A stretch of 64,000 bases of DNA from the human T2T-CHM13v2.0 reference genome, Homo sapiens. The stretch lies in the NCBI RefSeq assembly GCF_009914755.1, contig NC_060927.1; one strand, written 5' to 3'. Under the pieces are notes generated by a model that did no database searches, was not told the DNA's origin, and worked only from the letters and a program-made list of their open reading frames with translations. Positions within the stretch are counted from its first letter, which is position 1. The number at the start of each line of letters is the position of its first letter. This document shows, in pieces, positions 1 through 16,640 of this stretch. The position numbers and the translations under genes are program-made.

Positions 1-169
1 GACTATATTTTATAGTTTATTTTTAGGGATACAGTTAGATTATTTTTAAGACTGAAGTTTGAGATAAGATATGAGTTTATTAAAATGTATTTTTCTATAT
101 AAAAGCCTGATTATGTAAATGTATGTGCATATTCTCAACAGTTGTGTTATGTTAGATAAGATACTCAAG

Positions 170-305
170 TTACTTATCTTACTTAACTCCTCCCTATTAA
201 AAAATAGGATGATCTTAAACGTATCTTAAAGAGGTTAATGGAATTACATGAGTAGAACACTGTCTGCATACAGTGAGCATTCAACAAATGTTAATTACTA
301 TTTTT
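170..305 (+). mobile_element. MIR SINE fragment
   Basis: Degenerate MIR 3' core: aaaataggatgat...agaacactgtctgcatacagtgagcattcaacaaatgttaatta. Confidence 0.55.
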
Positions 306-355
306 ATATTTCCACATATGTTCATCTGGGTTTTAATCTCTGGAAAATTAATATT

Positions 356-640
356 ATTTATTTGTTTCAATAGTTTTTGGGCAACAGGTGGTTTTTGGTT
401 ACATGGATAAGTTCTAGGGGTAATTAGTGAGATTGTGGTGTATCCATCAAACAGAGCAGTGTACACTGTACCCAGTGTGTAGTCTTTTATCCCTTGCCCC
501 CTGCCCCCATGCCTCCCACCTCTCCAAAGTCCGTTATGTCATTCTATGCCTTTCTGTCCTCATACCTTAGCTCCCACTTATAAATGAGAATATGCGATGT
601 TTGGTTTTCCATTCCTAAGTTACTTCACTTAGAATAATGA
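356..640 (-). mobile_element. L1PB 3' end (non-inverted part of a 5'-inverted L1PB insertion)
   Basis: Reverse complement reads cattattctaagtgaagtaac...aaagactacacactgggtacagtgtacactgctc...aaaaactattgaaac, a typical L1PB 3' UTR. Confidence 0.85.
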
Positions 641-2590
641 ATCATTCTATGAAGACAATATCATCCTAATTCCAAAACCAGTAAGTGACATAGCCAAAAA
701 AAGAAAACTACAGACCAATATCTGTACACAAATGCAAAATCTCAACACAATATCTGTACACTCAAATCCAATATCTGTACACAAATGCAAAAATCCCCAA
801 CAAAATACTACCTAACTGAATCCAACAGCATATCAAAAAAGATAATACACGATGATGAAGTGGGTTTTATACCAAGGATGCAGGGATGGCTTAACATATT
901 CAAGTCAATAAATGTGATACATCACATAAACAGAATTAAAAGCAAAAATAATATGGTCATCTCAATAGGTGCAGAAAAAGCTTTTGACAAAATCCAGCAT
1001 TACTTTATGATTAGAACCTTCAGCAAAATTGGCATAAAAGGGACATGACTCAAGGTAATAAATGGCATGTATGACACACCCACAGCCAACATTATACTAA
1101 ATAGGGAAAAGTTGAAAGCATTCCCCCTGAGAACTGGAACAAGATATGATTGCCCAGTTTCACCTCTTCTATTCATCGTAGTACTGGAAGTCCTACCTGA
1201 GCAATCAGACAAGATAAAAAAAAATCAAGGGCATCCAAATTGGTAAAGAGGAAGTCCAGCTGTCACTGTTTGCTGATGATGTGATCGTATACCTAGAAAA
1301 CGGCAAAGACTCATCCAAAAAGCTCCTAGATCTGTTAAATGAATTCAGTAAAGTTTCAAGATGCAAAATTAGTACACACCAATCACTAGCACTGCTATAC
1401 ACCAATGACCAACCTGAGAATCAAATCAAGAACTCAATCACTTTTATAACAGCTGAAAAAAAAGCAAAAAACAAAAACACAAAAAAACCTTAAAAATATA
1501 GCAAACCAAGGAGGTGAAAGATCTTTACAAGAAAAACTACAAAACACTGCTGAAAGAAATCATAGATGACACAAACAAATGAAAACACATCCCATGCTCA
1601 TGGATGGGTAGAATGAATACAGCGAAAATGACAATACTGCCAAAAACAATCTACAGATTGAATGCAATTCCATCAAAGTACCATCATCATTCTTCATAGA
1701 AGTAGAAAAAAGATACCAAATTTCATGCCAAACTTAAAAAGACCCTGCATAGCCAAAGCAAGACTAAGCAAAACGAACAAATCTGGAGGCATCACATTAC
1801 CTGACTTTAAACTATACTACAAGGCGGCTATAGCTACCAAAACAACATGGCACTGGTATACAAATAAGCCCATAAGTTCCATAGACCAATGGAACAGAAT
1901 AGGGAACAAAGAACTAAAGACAACTGCTTGTAGCCAACTGATCTTCAACAAAGTAAACAAAAACAGAAAGCAGGGAAAGGGCACCCTATTCAAAAATAAT
2001 GCTGGGATAACTGGGAAGCCACATGTAGAAGGATGAAACTGGAACTTCATATCTCACCTTATGCAAAAAACAATTCAATATGGATCAAAGACTTAAACCT
2101 AAGATCTGAAACCATAAAAGTTCTAGAAGATAACATCAGTAAAACTCTTCTAGATGTTGCCTTGGGAAAAGAGTTCATGACCAAGAACCCAAAAGCAAAT
2201 TAAAGAACCCAAAAGCAGTGAAAACAAAAATAAATACATTGGACCTAATTAAACTGAAAAGCTTCTGCACAACAAAATAAATAATCAGCAGAGTAAACAG
2301 ACAACCCAGAGAATGGGAGAAAATATTCACAAACTATTCATCTGACAAGTAACTAATATCCAGAATCTGCAAGGAACTCAAACAAATCAGCAAGAAAAAA
2401 AACAAAAAATTCTCATCAAAAAGTGGGTAAAGGACATGAATAGACAACTATCTAAAGAAGACATACAAATGGTCAACAAACATGAAAAAATGCTCAACAT
2501 CACTGATTATCATGGAAATACAAATTAAAACCACAATGAGATACCACCCGTATCAATCTGTTCTAACACTGCCATAAATATACTACCTGA

Positions 2591-2909
2591 GGCCAGGTGA
2601 GGTGCAGTGGCTCATGCCTGTATTCCCAACACTTTGGGATGTGAAGGCTGGTGAATCACTTGGGGTCAGGAGCTCAAGACCTGCCTGACCAACAGGGTGA
2701 AATCCCATCTCTACTAAAAGAAACACCCACAAAAAAAAGATAGCCAAGCATGGTGGCATGTGCCTCTGTATAGCCAGCTACTTGGGAGGCTGAAGCAGGA
2801 GAATTGCTTGAACCAGGAGGTGGAGGTTGCAGTGGGCCAAGATCATGCCACTGCACTCCAGCCTGGGCAACAGAGTGAGACTCCCTCTCAAAAAAAAAAA
2901 AAAAAAAAA
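2591..2909 (+). mobile_element. AluS, full length
   Basis: Dimeric Alu with poly(A). TSD atactacctga on both sides. Confidence 0.95.
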
Positions 2910-3099
2910 GATACTACCTGAGACTGGGTGATTTATAAAGAAAAGATGTTTAACTGACTCACAGTTCCACATGGCTGGGGAGGCCTCACGAAACGTAAGA
3001 TCATGGTGGAAGGTGAAGGGGAAGCAAGGCATGTCTTCATAAGGTGACAGGACAAAGAGAGGGCACGCAGTGGAAACTGCCACTTTTAAAACCATCGGA

Positions 3100-3552
<453 letters not shown>

Positions 3553-5889
3553 TCATTGCCTTACTGCTGCAAAAATGGCCATAATTAGGGAATAAAAAAA
3601 TAACAGATGTTGGCATGATGTGATGAAAAGGGAATACTTTTATACTGCTGGTGCTAATGTAAACTACTACAACCACTATGGAAAACTGTGTGAAGATTCT
3701 ATAAAGAACTAAATGTAGGACTACCATTTTATCCAGCAATCCCACCATTGGGCATCTACCCAGAAGAAAAGAAGTCATTATATGGAAAAGACACTTGCAC
3801 ATGCATGTTTACAGCAACACAATTTGCAATTGTAAAACTATGAAACCACCCTAAATGCCCAGTGACCGAGTGGATAAAGAAAATGTGGTATATAGGCACC
3901 ATGGAATACTACTCAGCCAAAAAGAGGAATGAAATAATGTCATTAGCAGCAGGCTGATGGAATTGGAGAACATAATTCTATGGTAAATTAATATTTTTAA
4001 AGTAAAATATATGCAGTGTTTAGCTTAGAAATGTGCCTAAATATACATATGTAAACGTTATTGAAAAATAGTACTTCATTTTTAACATCTGAAGAAAGAG
4101 TATGCATACAAATTCATTGGTGTAGAAACTCATTTAGTAGAACAGTGAAACACAGAGGGCCATTATTACTGAATACAGAATTATAGTTACGTGGAGAAAA
4201 TGTCCATTTAACTCAATTGTAATATATTTTTATAATTTTGAGAAATCAGCAAAACCATGAAGATGACAAAAAAGATGAACTTTATGTGAACTGTGTTAAC
4301 TGGTTGTTTTCTAGATCCTTGATGAAAGGCCTCTGATTCTATATTTATCCCACTGAGTTTACAGAAAAGGAAGATAATTTAGAAATAATGTGCGGCTTAA
4401 ATGACAGTTCTGTGATAATAGGAGAGCAACACTTAGGATTAAAAACAAGAGAAAAATATTTCTAGATCATTATGTGTTATTTGACCCATGTTGTGAAATC
4501 CATTTTAAAATTCCATTTCCTGAGATACTAACATAACATAATCCTTACATAGCAAAGGATGTTTGTGTGTGCAAAAGAAGAAGCTGGTTTTACATTAAAC
4601 TTTACCTTAAAAAGGTATCTCTATCCTTGAATTAAGCTGGATTAAGGTCTGATTAAAGATTCTAATTTAGTAAGGTAGAGCTACAGGTAGGTTTTCCTCA
4701 CTAATATGATTAAGTCTTAACACAGCAAAACTCAAAGGTAAAGATGAAATATCAACAAACATTATTCCTACCACCTTTCCTTCATAGACCACATGGGTAT
4801 AAAAGAAACTGGAGTGTCCTGAGCCAAAGCCAAGAGTAATTATTTCTCACTAATCCAACCAGGATCCTATACATTCTGATGGCAGAAAGTTGGGGACAGT
4901 CATCAGGCCCCTATGTGAACTTTGTTCTTCCTTTTGCAGGCAAAGGAGAAGTGGAAAACAGTATCTTAAACAGAGAGGGTCGTCCTGGGGCACAAGGCTG
5001 GCCCTGAGAGTTGAAGACAAGGCCTTTGTTGTTACTATGTCAATTGAATTTAATCCTAATATCTATGGAGACCATCCAGGAATCTTGAGGGTGGGCTCCC
5101 CAAACAAACCACCTAAACAAACCTTCTAAAATATAGTGCCAAAAGCCAATTACACCCTTGAATTTAAACCACAACATTGGCTTCTAACTGAATCTGTTGT
5201 ACTGCAACCAAGTTGTCACTATTTTTTTTAATTATTAAAATGTACAGGTTTCAAATAATTTCCAGAAAAATCTGATGACCAAAGAGAAAAAGTTTTATTT
5301 AAAAATGGCATTTGCTCTAATGACCCCAAGTCTCTGGGAATCAACTATCTAGGGAGAACCCTTGACTAGACACTACCCTATAGGCTGATGTGAAGATTGA
5401 ATAAAACAAAAATTCAGAGTAATTTATACATTACAAAATGATATAAATTTATAATTAATCTTATTATTTATAAAGTTAACATTATTTTATCATCTATTTA
5501 GGGGCTTATAATGATTTATTTATTTACACAGCATAAATAAATATAAATTATACATATTATGCATTACATTCATTGTATATATAATACAGATAAATAACAT
5601 AAATGTTTATTTAAGACATCACATGTGTATTCAAGCTCTGGCAATTGAGCAGTGTTTTCTCTATCTCAGATTTTATAAAACTAATTGTAGAAGATCAGGT
5701 AATTTAAGACATTTCCACACTGTATTCCTACTAAAGTGGCTTGTATTTTCTTAAAAATTTGCCTCACAGTATAATCTTTAAATAAACAATCAATATGCTT
5801 AGCTTTCTTGTAGGTTCTGTTGTACAAATGAGAATGACATGATGCTTGACTTGAAGGAAAGAGGAGATGAAAACTTCCATTTCCTTACC

Positions 5890-7540
5890 AACAAGCATTT
5901 CCCAAGTACCTGTAATGTATGAAGTCTCTGTATTAGGGTTTTTGAGGAGATAATAAGTAATCTATTTTTCCACTCTCCAGAGAGAGACTGGATATGATCA
6001 TGTGGAGGAAAAGAATAAATAATTCTTGTTTTAGTGGAGGAAAATAATAACTAATTCTCAGAAGAAAGCCTGAAAGTTCCCATCAAAGTGGAAGGGAAGG
6101 AGGATCTGTAAACAGGGAAATCTGAAGACACTTCTTTAGGAGGTGGCATCTGATCTGAGCCTTGAAGCAGGATAACAATAGTTAAAGAGTAATGTGGAGG
6201 AACAAGTCTAGAGACTCAGGTAAGGTTTAAACTATGTAATATGTTATAAGGCAGGTGAGAATTTTAAGTTTTATTTCTCTTTCTTTAAACTAGGGATAGG
6301 GGCATATGGGGTGGGAATACAATATTTTAAAATAGAGACAAGACATAACCCAATTTTTGTTTCTCGAAGAGATACGCAGCTTGTAGCATGAATTGAAGGG
6401 TATTATGGAGGCTAGAAGAAAGAAATAAATTCATGGTATTATGCAGGAAAAGGTAAGAGCTATACTGGAAAAACAAGACAATCAGGCATTTAGATAAGAA
6501 AAAGATCCACATGGGTGAAAGTAATAGAGGAAGTCTTCTGGGAAAGGCAGAATTTGCAACGATTCTGGAAGGACTCATTTATTTATTCAAGAAATATTAT
6601 AATGGTAACATCTTAGAAGCCCTCAAGTAGATTACAATCTTGTAGATGGAGACAGGCAACTAGATAACATGGAATTTAATATAACAAAGACTTTGGTGTT
6701 AGAACTAAAGTGTATTGGAGTAATGGGGACATTTATGAGATGCACACAGACCATTCTTAAGAGAAAGGGGTATCTTCTTGGAAGCTTAACCTGGAAGATC
6801 AATGTGTTATTTAAAGTGGAGAAGAGAGGGGTGAATACTTGCACAGGTGACGTTTGAGAAAAAGTCTGAGATGAGGATGTTCATGTCTCCCAGAGAATTA
6901 GAATAGTTTCCTAGGACTGAAACTTAGAGCAAGCCCAGGACAAAAGGTATTGTGTGAGGAGATAAGTTTGAATAAATAAGGCCCTCACAATTTATGTTAG
7001 GGAAAGATGGGTTTTAAGCAGCAACCTAAAAGTAAACATTTAGGTAAATGTAAAAAGTAAACATTTTTGAAAGTTTACTTGAGCAGTGGTGTAGAGAATG
7101 GATTGGCTAGAATAAGACAGAATCAGGAAAACCAGGCATAAGACTGTTCCCTCAACTCATGGGAGATTGTTCTGGTGTCAAAAAGGACAATTGTACAGGG
7201 AATGGAGAAAGTAAATGGATGTTGAGGATGTGGCTTCAACTGGACTTGGTACTTGCTTGGCTGGGAGAAGCAAGACGGAGAACAATGCAGGAGTCAGGAA
7301 TGCCAACTGAGTTGCTAGCTTGGGCAGATGGGCAGATAGTGCTACTATTTAATGACACAGAAAACTACAGGGAAGCAATAGGTATTGAGAGAATATTTCG
7401 GCATAAAGAATATGTGGGCATATTAAATCTGAAGCTGACATTAAGCTGTTCAAAAGGAAAATTGAAAATGCAAAGTTTAAATTCAGAAGACAAATGAGAT
7501 TGAAGAGACAATTCTGTAAATTATCAGCAAATACATACAG
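5890..7540 (-). mobile_element. L2 LINE fragments
   Basis: Purine-rich antisense L2 motifs (caacaagcatttcccaagtacc, ggcatctgatctgagccttgaag, ctcatttatttattcaagaaatat, ggagtcaggaatgcc...gcttgggcagatggg). Confidence 0.6.
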
Positions 7541-8114
7541 CTATCCGTAGCCAGAGAGTCTAAAAATTCTCTGAAACACTTTAAGCAAAACTTTATATCC
7601 ACGAGTCCATTCATATATATATATGGAGAAAATCCACAGCTTTCTCTAGATTTTTGAAAAATGTGACCAAGAAAAATGTTAATCATTAATTATTTAGAGT
7701 AAAGCTACGACACTGGATCATATGACCCAAAGTTAGCATGCAAATTTAGAGAAAGACCTAATATACTGTTTGAAGGAACAGAAGCATTTAGGAAGTGAAC
7801 AAAAGTAAAGGAGTCCCCAAGAGAAAACAAATTGTACTGGAGTAAAGAACAGTGTCTGGAGTTCTAATGATAGATGTGGGACCCCATGAAGACCTTGACC
7901 ATAAACAGTACATAGGATCAAGTAGGTCGGGGCAGCCGAGTGCACTTTGGGCATGAAGTGTCTTAAACAAATTTCAGGGTGGACGTTTGCCCTGAGACCT
8001 CAGTGTTCCAATGCATAAAAGAAAAGTAACTGATTTTCAGTTTTTAGCTTTTTCTTATGAAGAGAGGGGTGATGATTTTCAAGCTGTACATATCAGACCT
8101 AAAACAAGAAGTCC

Positions 8115-8886
<772 letters not shown>

Positions 8887-9049
8887 TTATGAAGATTAGG
8901 AAGTGATTTCTCTGAGCTACTCCGGAGTTGCACCTTTTGGACAGAAGCCGAGCAATAACCCAGGGGTAGGTAGTAACTTTTTAGGGTTAGAGGGTTCTCT
9001 CAGACCCAGAATAAAAGCTCTAAGCACATTTTGATTTTCAATATATAAC

Positions 9050-10900
9050 TACAAAACAAGCTATGGCAAACAGAAGTTACTTACAATTAAAGCAAACACA
9101 TAGAACAAATATCAAATTCACCATGCGCTAAAGAATGAGCAAATTCTTTAAAAATGCCAACAACATGAAAGAGAATTATTGAATTTAATAAGCAGAATAA
9201 CCAACACCTTATAGCACTATGCCAATAAAACAAACCAAAGGAAATTTAAAATAAATACATATTTCAGTGAGAATAAAGGAAGTATTACATTTAGAAAATG
9301 AGAATAAATTATTTTTAAAAATAAATGTCACTTAAAAGGAAATATAATTGTAGTTAAATAGCATTAATACACAGACTAAATAAGAGAATGGTTACAGTTA
9401 AAGTAAAAATTTATCAACTGGAAGATTCAGCAAAGGCAAAAAAATGATGCAAATTAAAAGCAGAAATTATAAGAGAGTTGGAAGTGATATAAAAAGGTTT
9501 TAATGTGAATTAACAGAAGTTATCAATAAAAAAGAGAGAGAATGGAGCAGAAAAGTGAGAAAAAATAATTGAAGAAACTTTGCTAGGTAAAATGGTAGCT
9601 GTGTTTTTGTTCTTTCTGAAATCTCCAAACTGCTTTCCACAGTGATTGAATTACATTCCCACCAACAGTGTATAACTTGCCCTTTCTGTACAGCCTTGCC
9701 AGCATCTGTCATTTTTTGCCTTTTTAATAATAGCCATTCTTACTGGTGTGAGATGTGATCTTACCGGGTTTTAATTGACATTTCTCTGGTGGTTAGTGAT
9801 GATGAGCATTTTTTCCTATGTTTGTTGGCCACTTGCATGTCTTCTTTTGAGAAGTGTCTATTCATGTCCTTTGTCCATTGTTTAATGGGCTTATTTGCTT
9901 TTTGCTTGCTGATTTGTTTAAATTTCTTACAGATTCTGGATATTAGACCTTTGTCGGATGCAGAGTTTGTGAATATTTTCTCCCATTTTGTTAACTGTCT
10001 GTTTACTCTGTTGATATAGTTTCTTTTGCTGTGTAGAAGTTCTTTAGTTTAATCAGGTACCGCTATCAATTTTTGTTTTCGTTGCAATTGCTTTTGGGGA
10101 CTTAGCTAGCCATCCCATTACTGGGAATCCCAAAAGAAAATAAATAATTCTACCCAAAAGACACGCATATGTTCATTGCAGCACTATTCACAACAGCAAA
10201 GACATGGAATCAACTTAGGTGCCCATCAATGGTGGATTGGATAAAGAAAATATGGTATATACACACCATGAAATACTACATAGCCATAAAATAAAACAAA
10301 ACCATGCCTTTCTCAAGAGCAAGGATGTAGCTGAAGGCCATTATTCTAAGTGAATTAATGCAGGAAAAGAAAACCAAATATCACATAATATTACTTACTG
10401 GAGCTAAACATTGAGTACACATGGACACAAAGATGGAAACAAGAGACACTGGGAACTACTAAAGGGGGAAGGGGCTAGGTTGGAAAACTACCTATTAGGT
10501 ACTGTGCTTGCTACCTAGGAGATGAGAGCCATGCTCCACACCTTAGCATCATGCAATATACCCACGTAACAAAAACCTACACATGTCCCTCCGAAATCTA
10601 AAATAAAAGTGGAAAAGTAAACATCGCCAGAAAAAAAATATTAGTAATCAGATTTAAAGTTCCCATAGACCTAGCACCAAAGACGATTAACAAAATAATA
10701 TCAATTTTGTCTGAAATTTCAGGACACCAAATTTCTGGAAAGAAAAACAAGTTAATTCATAGAAAAAACACAATTATGTTAGATCAGTTCTTATCAGCCA
10801 GTTTTATTTTTTACATTGAATATACTAATACGGTAGTATATTCAAAATTTTGTGACGCTAGTTTGAAACTGACTTAATATTTAAAATATTTGAGAAAATA
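9050..10900 (+). mobile_element. HAL1/L1M ORF1-like fossil, interrupted by L1PA15/16
   Basis: A-rich ORF1-like sequence (gagagagaatggagcag...ataattgaagaaacttt) continuing after 10630 (gaaatttcaggacacc...gaaaaacaagtta). Confidence 0.5.
9587..10618 (+). mobile_element. L1PA15/16-like 5'-truncated, 5'-inverted insertion (9587-10106 inverted, 10107-10618 sense)
   Basis: Antisense ORF2 end followed by sense 3' UTR ending aaatctaaaataaaagtgg. Confidence 0.85.
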
Positions 10901-11019
10901 GCATTTTATACTTAAGAAATCAGAATCACTGTATTATTTTATCAGATACTTTTATAACATTTTCATATTATTTCTGAACTTTTTTTTCTCTTTTTATAAC
11001 CTAATATTTCTAGAAGTTA

Positions 11020-12862
<1,843 letters not shown>

Positions 12863-12899
12863 ACCCTTCTACCTCCCTCAAAATAAATCAATTTCACAC

Positions 12900-13950
12900 T
12901 AATATGATTTCACTGTGGAGATAATGGGTAGGGAAAATAGTAGATTAAGTGGTTCATCTTTTATGGAAAAATATAATTCGTTCTGATTAATTCTGGGCAT
13001 TGTAAGAAAAAAAATCTAGCATATATCTGTATAATAAGACCTAAGGGTTTTACAAGATTAGACATCATATATCTAATATACAATTAAAATTTAAAAATTG
13101 AAGCGAGAGAATACTTTAAAAACTACCATAAGCAAGAAAGGATCAGATAGAGAGTTAAGAAAACAAGGTAAGTTAAATACTGTAAATAAACAAGAAAAAA
13201 ATAAGTTCAAATATATTAGAATTGCAATAATATCAATGGGTAATATTTTTCTATTTAAAGATGTAGAATAATAACTCTTTAATAAAAATCAAAACAGATG
13301 TAAGACATTGTTTTTTAAGCATATTATTTTAGCAAGAATATAAAAATATGGTAGTATTTACTATTGTGCTGGTGGGAAGAAATGTGTTCTCATGCACTCT
13401 TAAAGGTAAGAGTAAATTGGAACAATCTATTTGGAGCATCAACTTGGCAGGATATATCAAAATAAGAATTATCTGTAGCATTTCACTCAACTTATTATGT
13501 TATTAATCTTATGTAGAAGCATGCAGACATACACGTGCACAAAGATTTATCTACAGGGATATTTATTACAAATTTTAAAAATAGTTGTAAATTTGAAATC
13601 ACTTCAAGCCAAAAAAAGAATGGATAGGGCAAATGATAATCCATATATGCTATGGTATACATTTAGCTATTACAGTAAAAAAGGAAATCTATACTTGCAC
13701 AGAAAGTCATAAACACATATGTGTGGTATCATTGAAGTAAATACATGTGAATGCACACACACACACACACATACACTCATATGAAAAAGACAATAAAGAT
13801 ACATACCAAACTATTAACAGTGGCTTCTTCTTCAGAGAGAATGTTTGGAGTTTTGGCTACAAAGATTTTCATATTTTACTCTATATGTATCTAGATTTTT
13901 TCACTAAAGTGAGAATATATTTACATTCCTTATATAATTATGTTCATGTA
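12900..13950 (+). mobile_element. Very old L1ME/HAL1 fragments
   Basis: gagtaaattggaacaatctatttggagc and atacataccaaactattaacagtgg. Confidence 0.5.
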
Positions 13951-15799
13951 TTACTTACATTTAAAGTAGAAAAAGATACCAAGATGGGAATGAATGTTTA
14001 GCAAGTAGATCACATCTTAGTAGAATACAGCATCGAACTGTGAGATGGGTGGACCCACCTCAGTCTCCAACAAACTTCAGGGATTCCACCTCTATCTTTT
14101 GAAATGTTAAAAATAAAACACATAGACTCATGTCTAAAAGCAATATCTTGGGAAGGAGAAACGTTTATTTTTTATGTGATGATGCCACTTTGATCAAAGC
14201 TGAAATTTAAAGGAAACAGTTTTTTTTTTTTTTTTTCAGTTGTGGCAGAAAGGTCTTGAAGAGTTAGGAAGGATTAGATAAATGGGGAATATACAAAAGT
14301 GGTTCCTAATATTTTCTATACATCCTCAAGATTTGTGCAGGGAATGCTTTGTGCTAGATTTCCAGGACTCATTTTCTAAAATTATACTCCAGGAGCTAGT
14401 ATTTAAAATACATTAGCTGTTTACAAGCATGCTTATTACAAGTAAAAGAACCATCTATTCATATTCTGAATAAAAAAGAGATGGCAAGATGCAGAGATTT
14501 TCAAAGGTAAAGAATATGTTTCTAGTTTCTGTGTAAGAAATTACAATGTGTTTTCATCAAATACTATACATATTTAAGCCCTCATTCTCAGATACTAATT
14601 CTTATAATTCAGTTAAGTGTGAATAATTCATTATGTTTCTAAAATTAACTATGAAACACATGATAAATTAAATTCAATAAATAAGAAAAAAAGGGATTAG
14701 AGTTGAAATGCATTTTGGCATTTTTTATTTATTATTTTTTTTTTACAAAATTTAAAAGCGCTTTATCTAAAGCAATGTACGTGCAGACACAACCGCAAAG
14801 AATTTTAAAGGGGAATTTAGCACTCATTGAAAACTTACTAAAACTCATTACATATATTTGTGTGCTGATTCTGTGCTAGCCTTTTAGGACCACGTGCAGG
14901 CCTTTGAACTGAATTTTCCTTTAGGGAGTTTGCATCTTAGTTCAGAGCAATGATATTAATAATAATACACAAAGACAGGTGATAGGCTGCTATAATTGCT
15001 ACAAAAGAATATTGAACAGTAAAGAGGATCAGAGCATGAAGTGACTGAGAAGGAAGATGGATGTATCTTATACAGGCTAGCAGAAACATGAATGAAATTA
15101 GTGAGACAGGGCTGTCCTAGGGATATATTATTTTGGGCAGGCAGAAAAAGCAGCAAATACAAGATCCCGAGTTGAGAATGTGCCTGGAGTACTGAAGAAA
15201 CATCAAAGATTTCAGTGTGGTTGCAGCTCAGTGAGTGAATGCGGGAGTAGTTGAAATTCAGGTCAGAGAAGTTGTCAGATGGCAAATCATACACAGTATT
15301 TTAGGGACTGATAAAGAGTTTGGATTTTGTTCTACTGTGATGTAAAGCCATTGGAGACTTTTTCAGCAGTTGTCGGCATAACCTAATTTGCACTTTTGCT
15401 ACTCTGCCAAGAACAGGTCTAGGTCAAGATTGAAGTGGATAGTATAATAGATGGGACCAAGATTAGGTATCCTACATCCCTTTGTGCTGGAAAAGATCCT
15501 TGTTTTTCTACCTGTTGTTACTATAAAATTATTAGTAGTATCTCCATTCACTCTGAGAGAGAGTGCAGTACATTTTATGGTCGTCTATCTAAGAGGGTAA
15601 CAAGGAAGGTTTTGTGAAGTGGTCAGTGGGGAAATTTTAAAGACAGAGTCAGCAGCACTACCAGTAGATGAGATGTAAGATGAAGAGAAAAAAGGAATCA
15701 AGAATGATGACAATGTTTGAGGACCGAGAAACATGATGTAATGGTGGTACTATTGAGGAAGAAGTGCCAGAGGAGGAGCCGTTGGGATATTAAAAAAAG

Positions 15800-16640
15800 C
15801 TTTTGGGGTATCTAAGCCTAGAACCAATTCCTGAAACTAGAATTTGTTTGCAAATAACTTAATAAGAAAATATTTCCAGGAGAGACTAAAGGAGTGGGGA
15901 AGTATAAAAAGGAGGGGAAGAAAGCTGAGCAAGAATGCCATGATAGATAAAATCCCAGACTGCACCTGATTCATAAGGAATTCTAGAGCATAAATTCATC
16001 TCAGAGCTTTTCCTCCCTTAAGTCAATTTGGGTATGAGCTAACAATCAGGGAAGCCAATTTAAATTCCGAAGCACTCCAGTTCTTTGTGACTTCTAAGCA
16101 GCTCTAGTAGGCCAAGGGCTATCTTCTTTAGAAGATGCTATGGACTCAACTGTGTTCCTTTCAAAATTCATATGTTGAACCCCTAACTCCAAGTTTAATG
16201 GCATTTGCAGATGGTATTTGGAAAATAATTAGGGTCAGATTAAATAAGGCTTAGAAAATAATTAGGTTAGATCTCATGAGGGTGAGATTTGGGGCCTCAT
16301 AAGGTTAATGGCCTTATAAGAAGAGGAAGAAAAAATGTTGTCTCTTCACCAGGTGAGGACGCAGGAAGAAGCTGGCCATCTACAAGGAAGGAAGAGGACC
16401 TTTACCATGAACCGAATCAGCTGGCCTCTTCATTCCAGACTTCTTAGCTTCCACAACTATGAGAAAATAAATGTTTGTTGTTTAAACCACTTAGTCTGTG
16501 GTATTTTTTAACAGCATCCCTAGCTAAGACAGACTATTACAGGTACAAGCTCAAAGAATGTTGAAGCTGAGGAATGGGAATAGGAAACAGGTTAAGGAAT
16601 CCCAGGGGCTTTGGGTTGGATCACCAACTATAGTGGCCAG
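15800..16640 (-). mobile_element. LTR16C-like ERVL LTR (interrupted by MLT1A)
   Basis: ggagtggggaagt...ggggaagaaagctgagcaag...ctgattcataaggaattctagagcataaatt. Confidence 0.55.
16136..16531 (+). mobile_element. MLT1A-type MaLR solo LTR
   Basis: tgctatggact...aaattcatatgttgaacccctaac...gagaaaataaatgtttgttgtttaaaccacttagtctgtggtattttt...ctaagaca. Confidence 0.85.

Noticed and set aside
4921-5129. Strong-looking splice acceptor (tttgttcttccttttgcag) and a 79-aa ORF
   Set aside because: No recognisable protein and no convincing donor or partner exons. It cannot be supported without transcript data.
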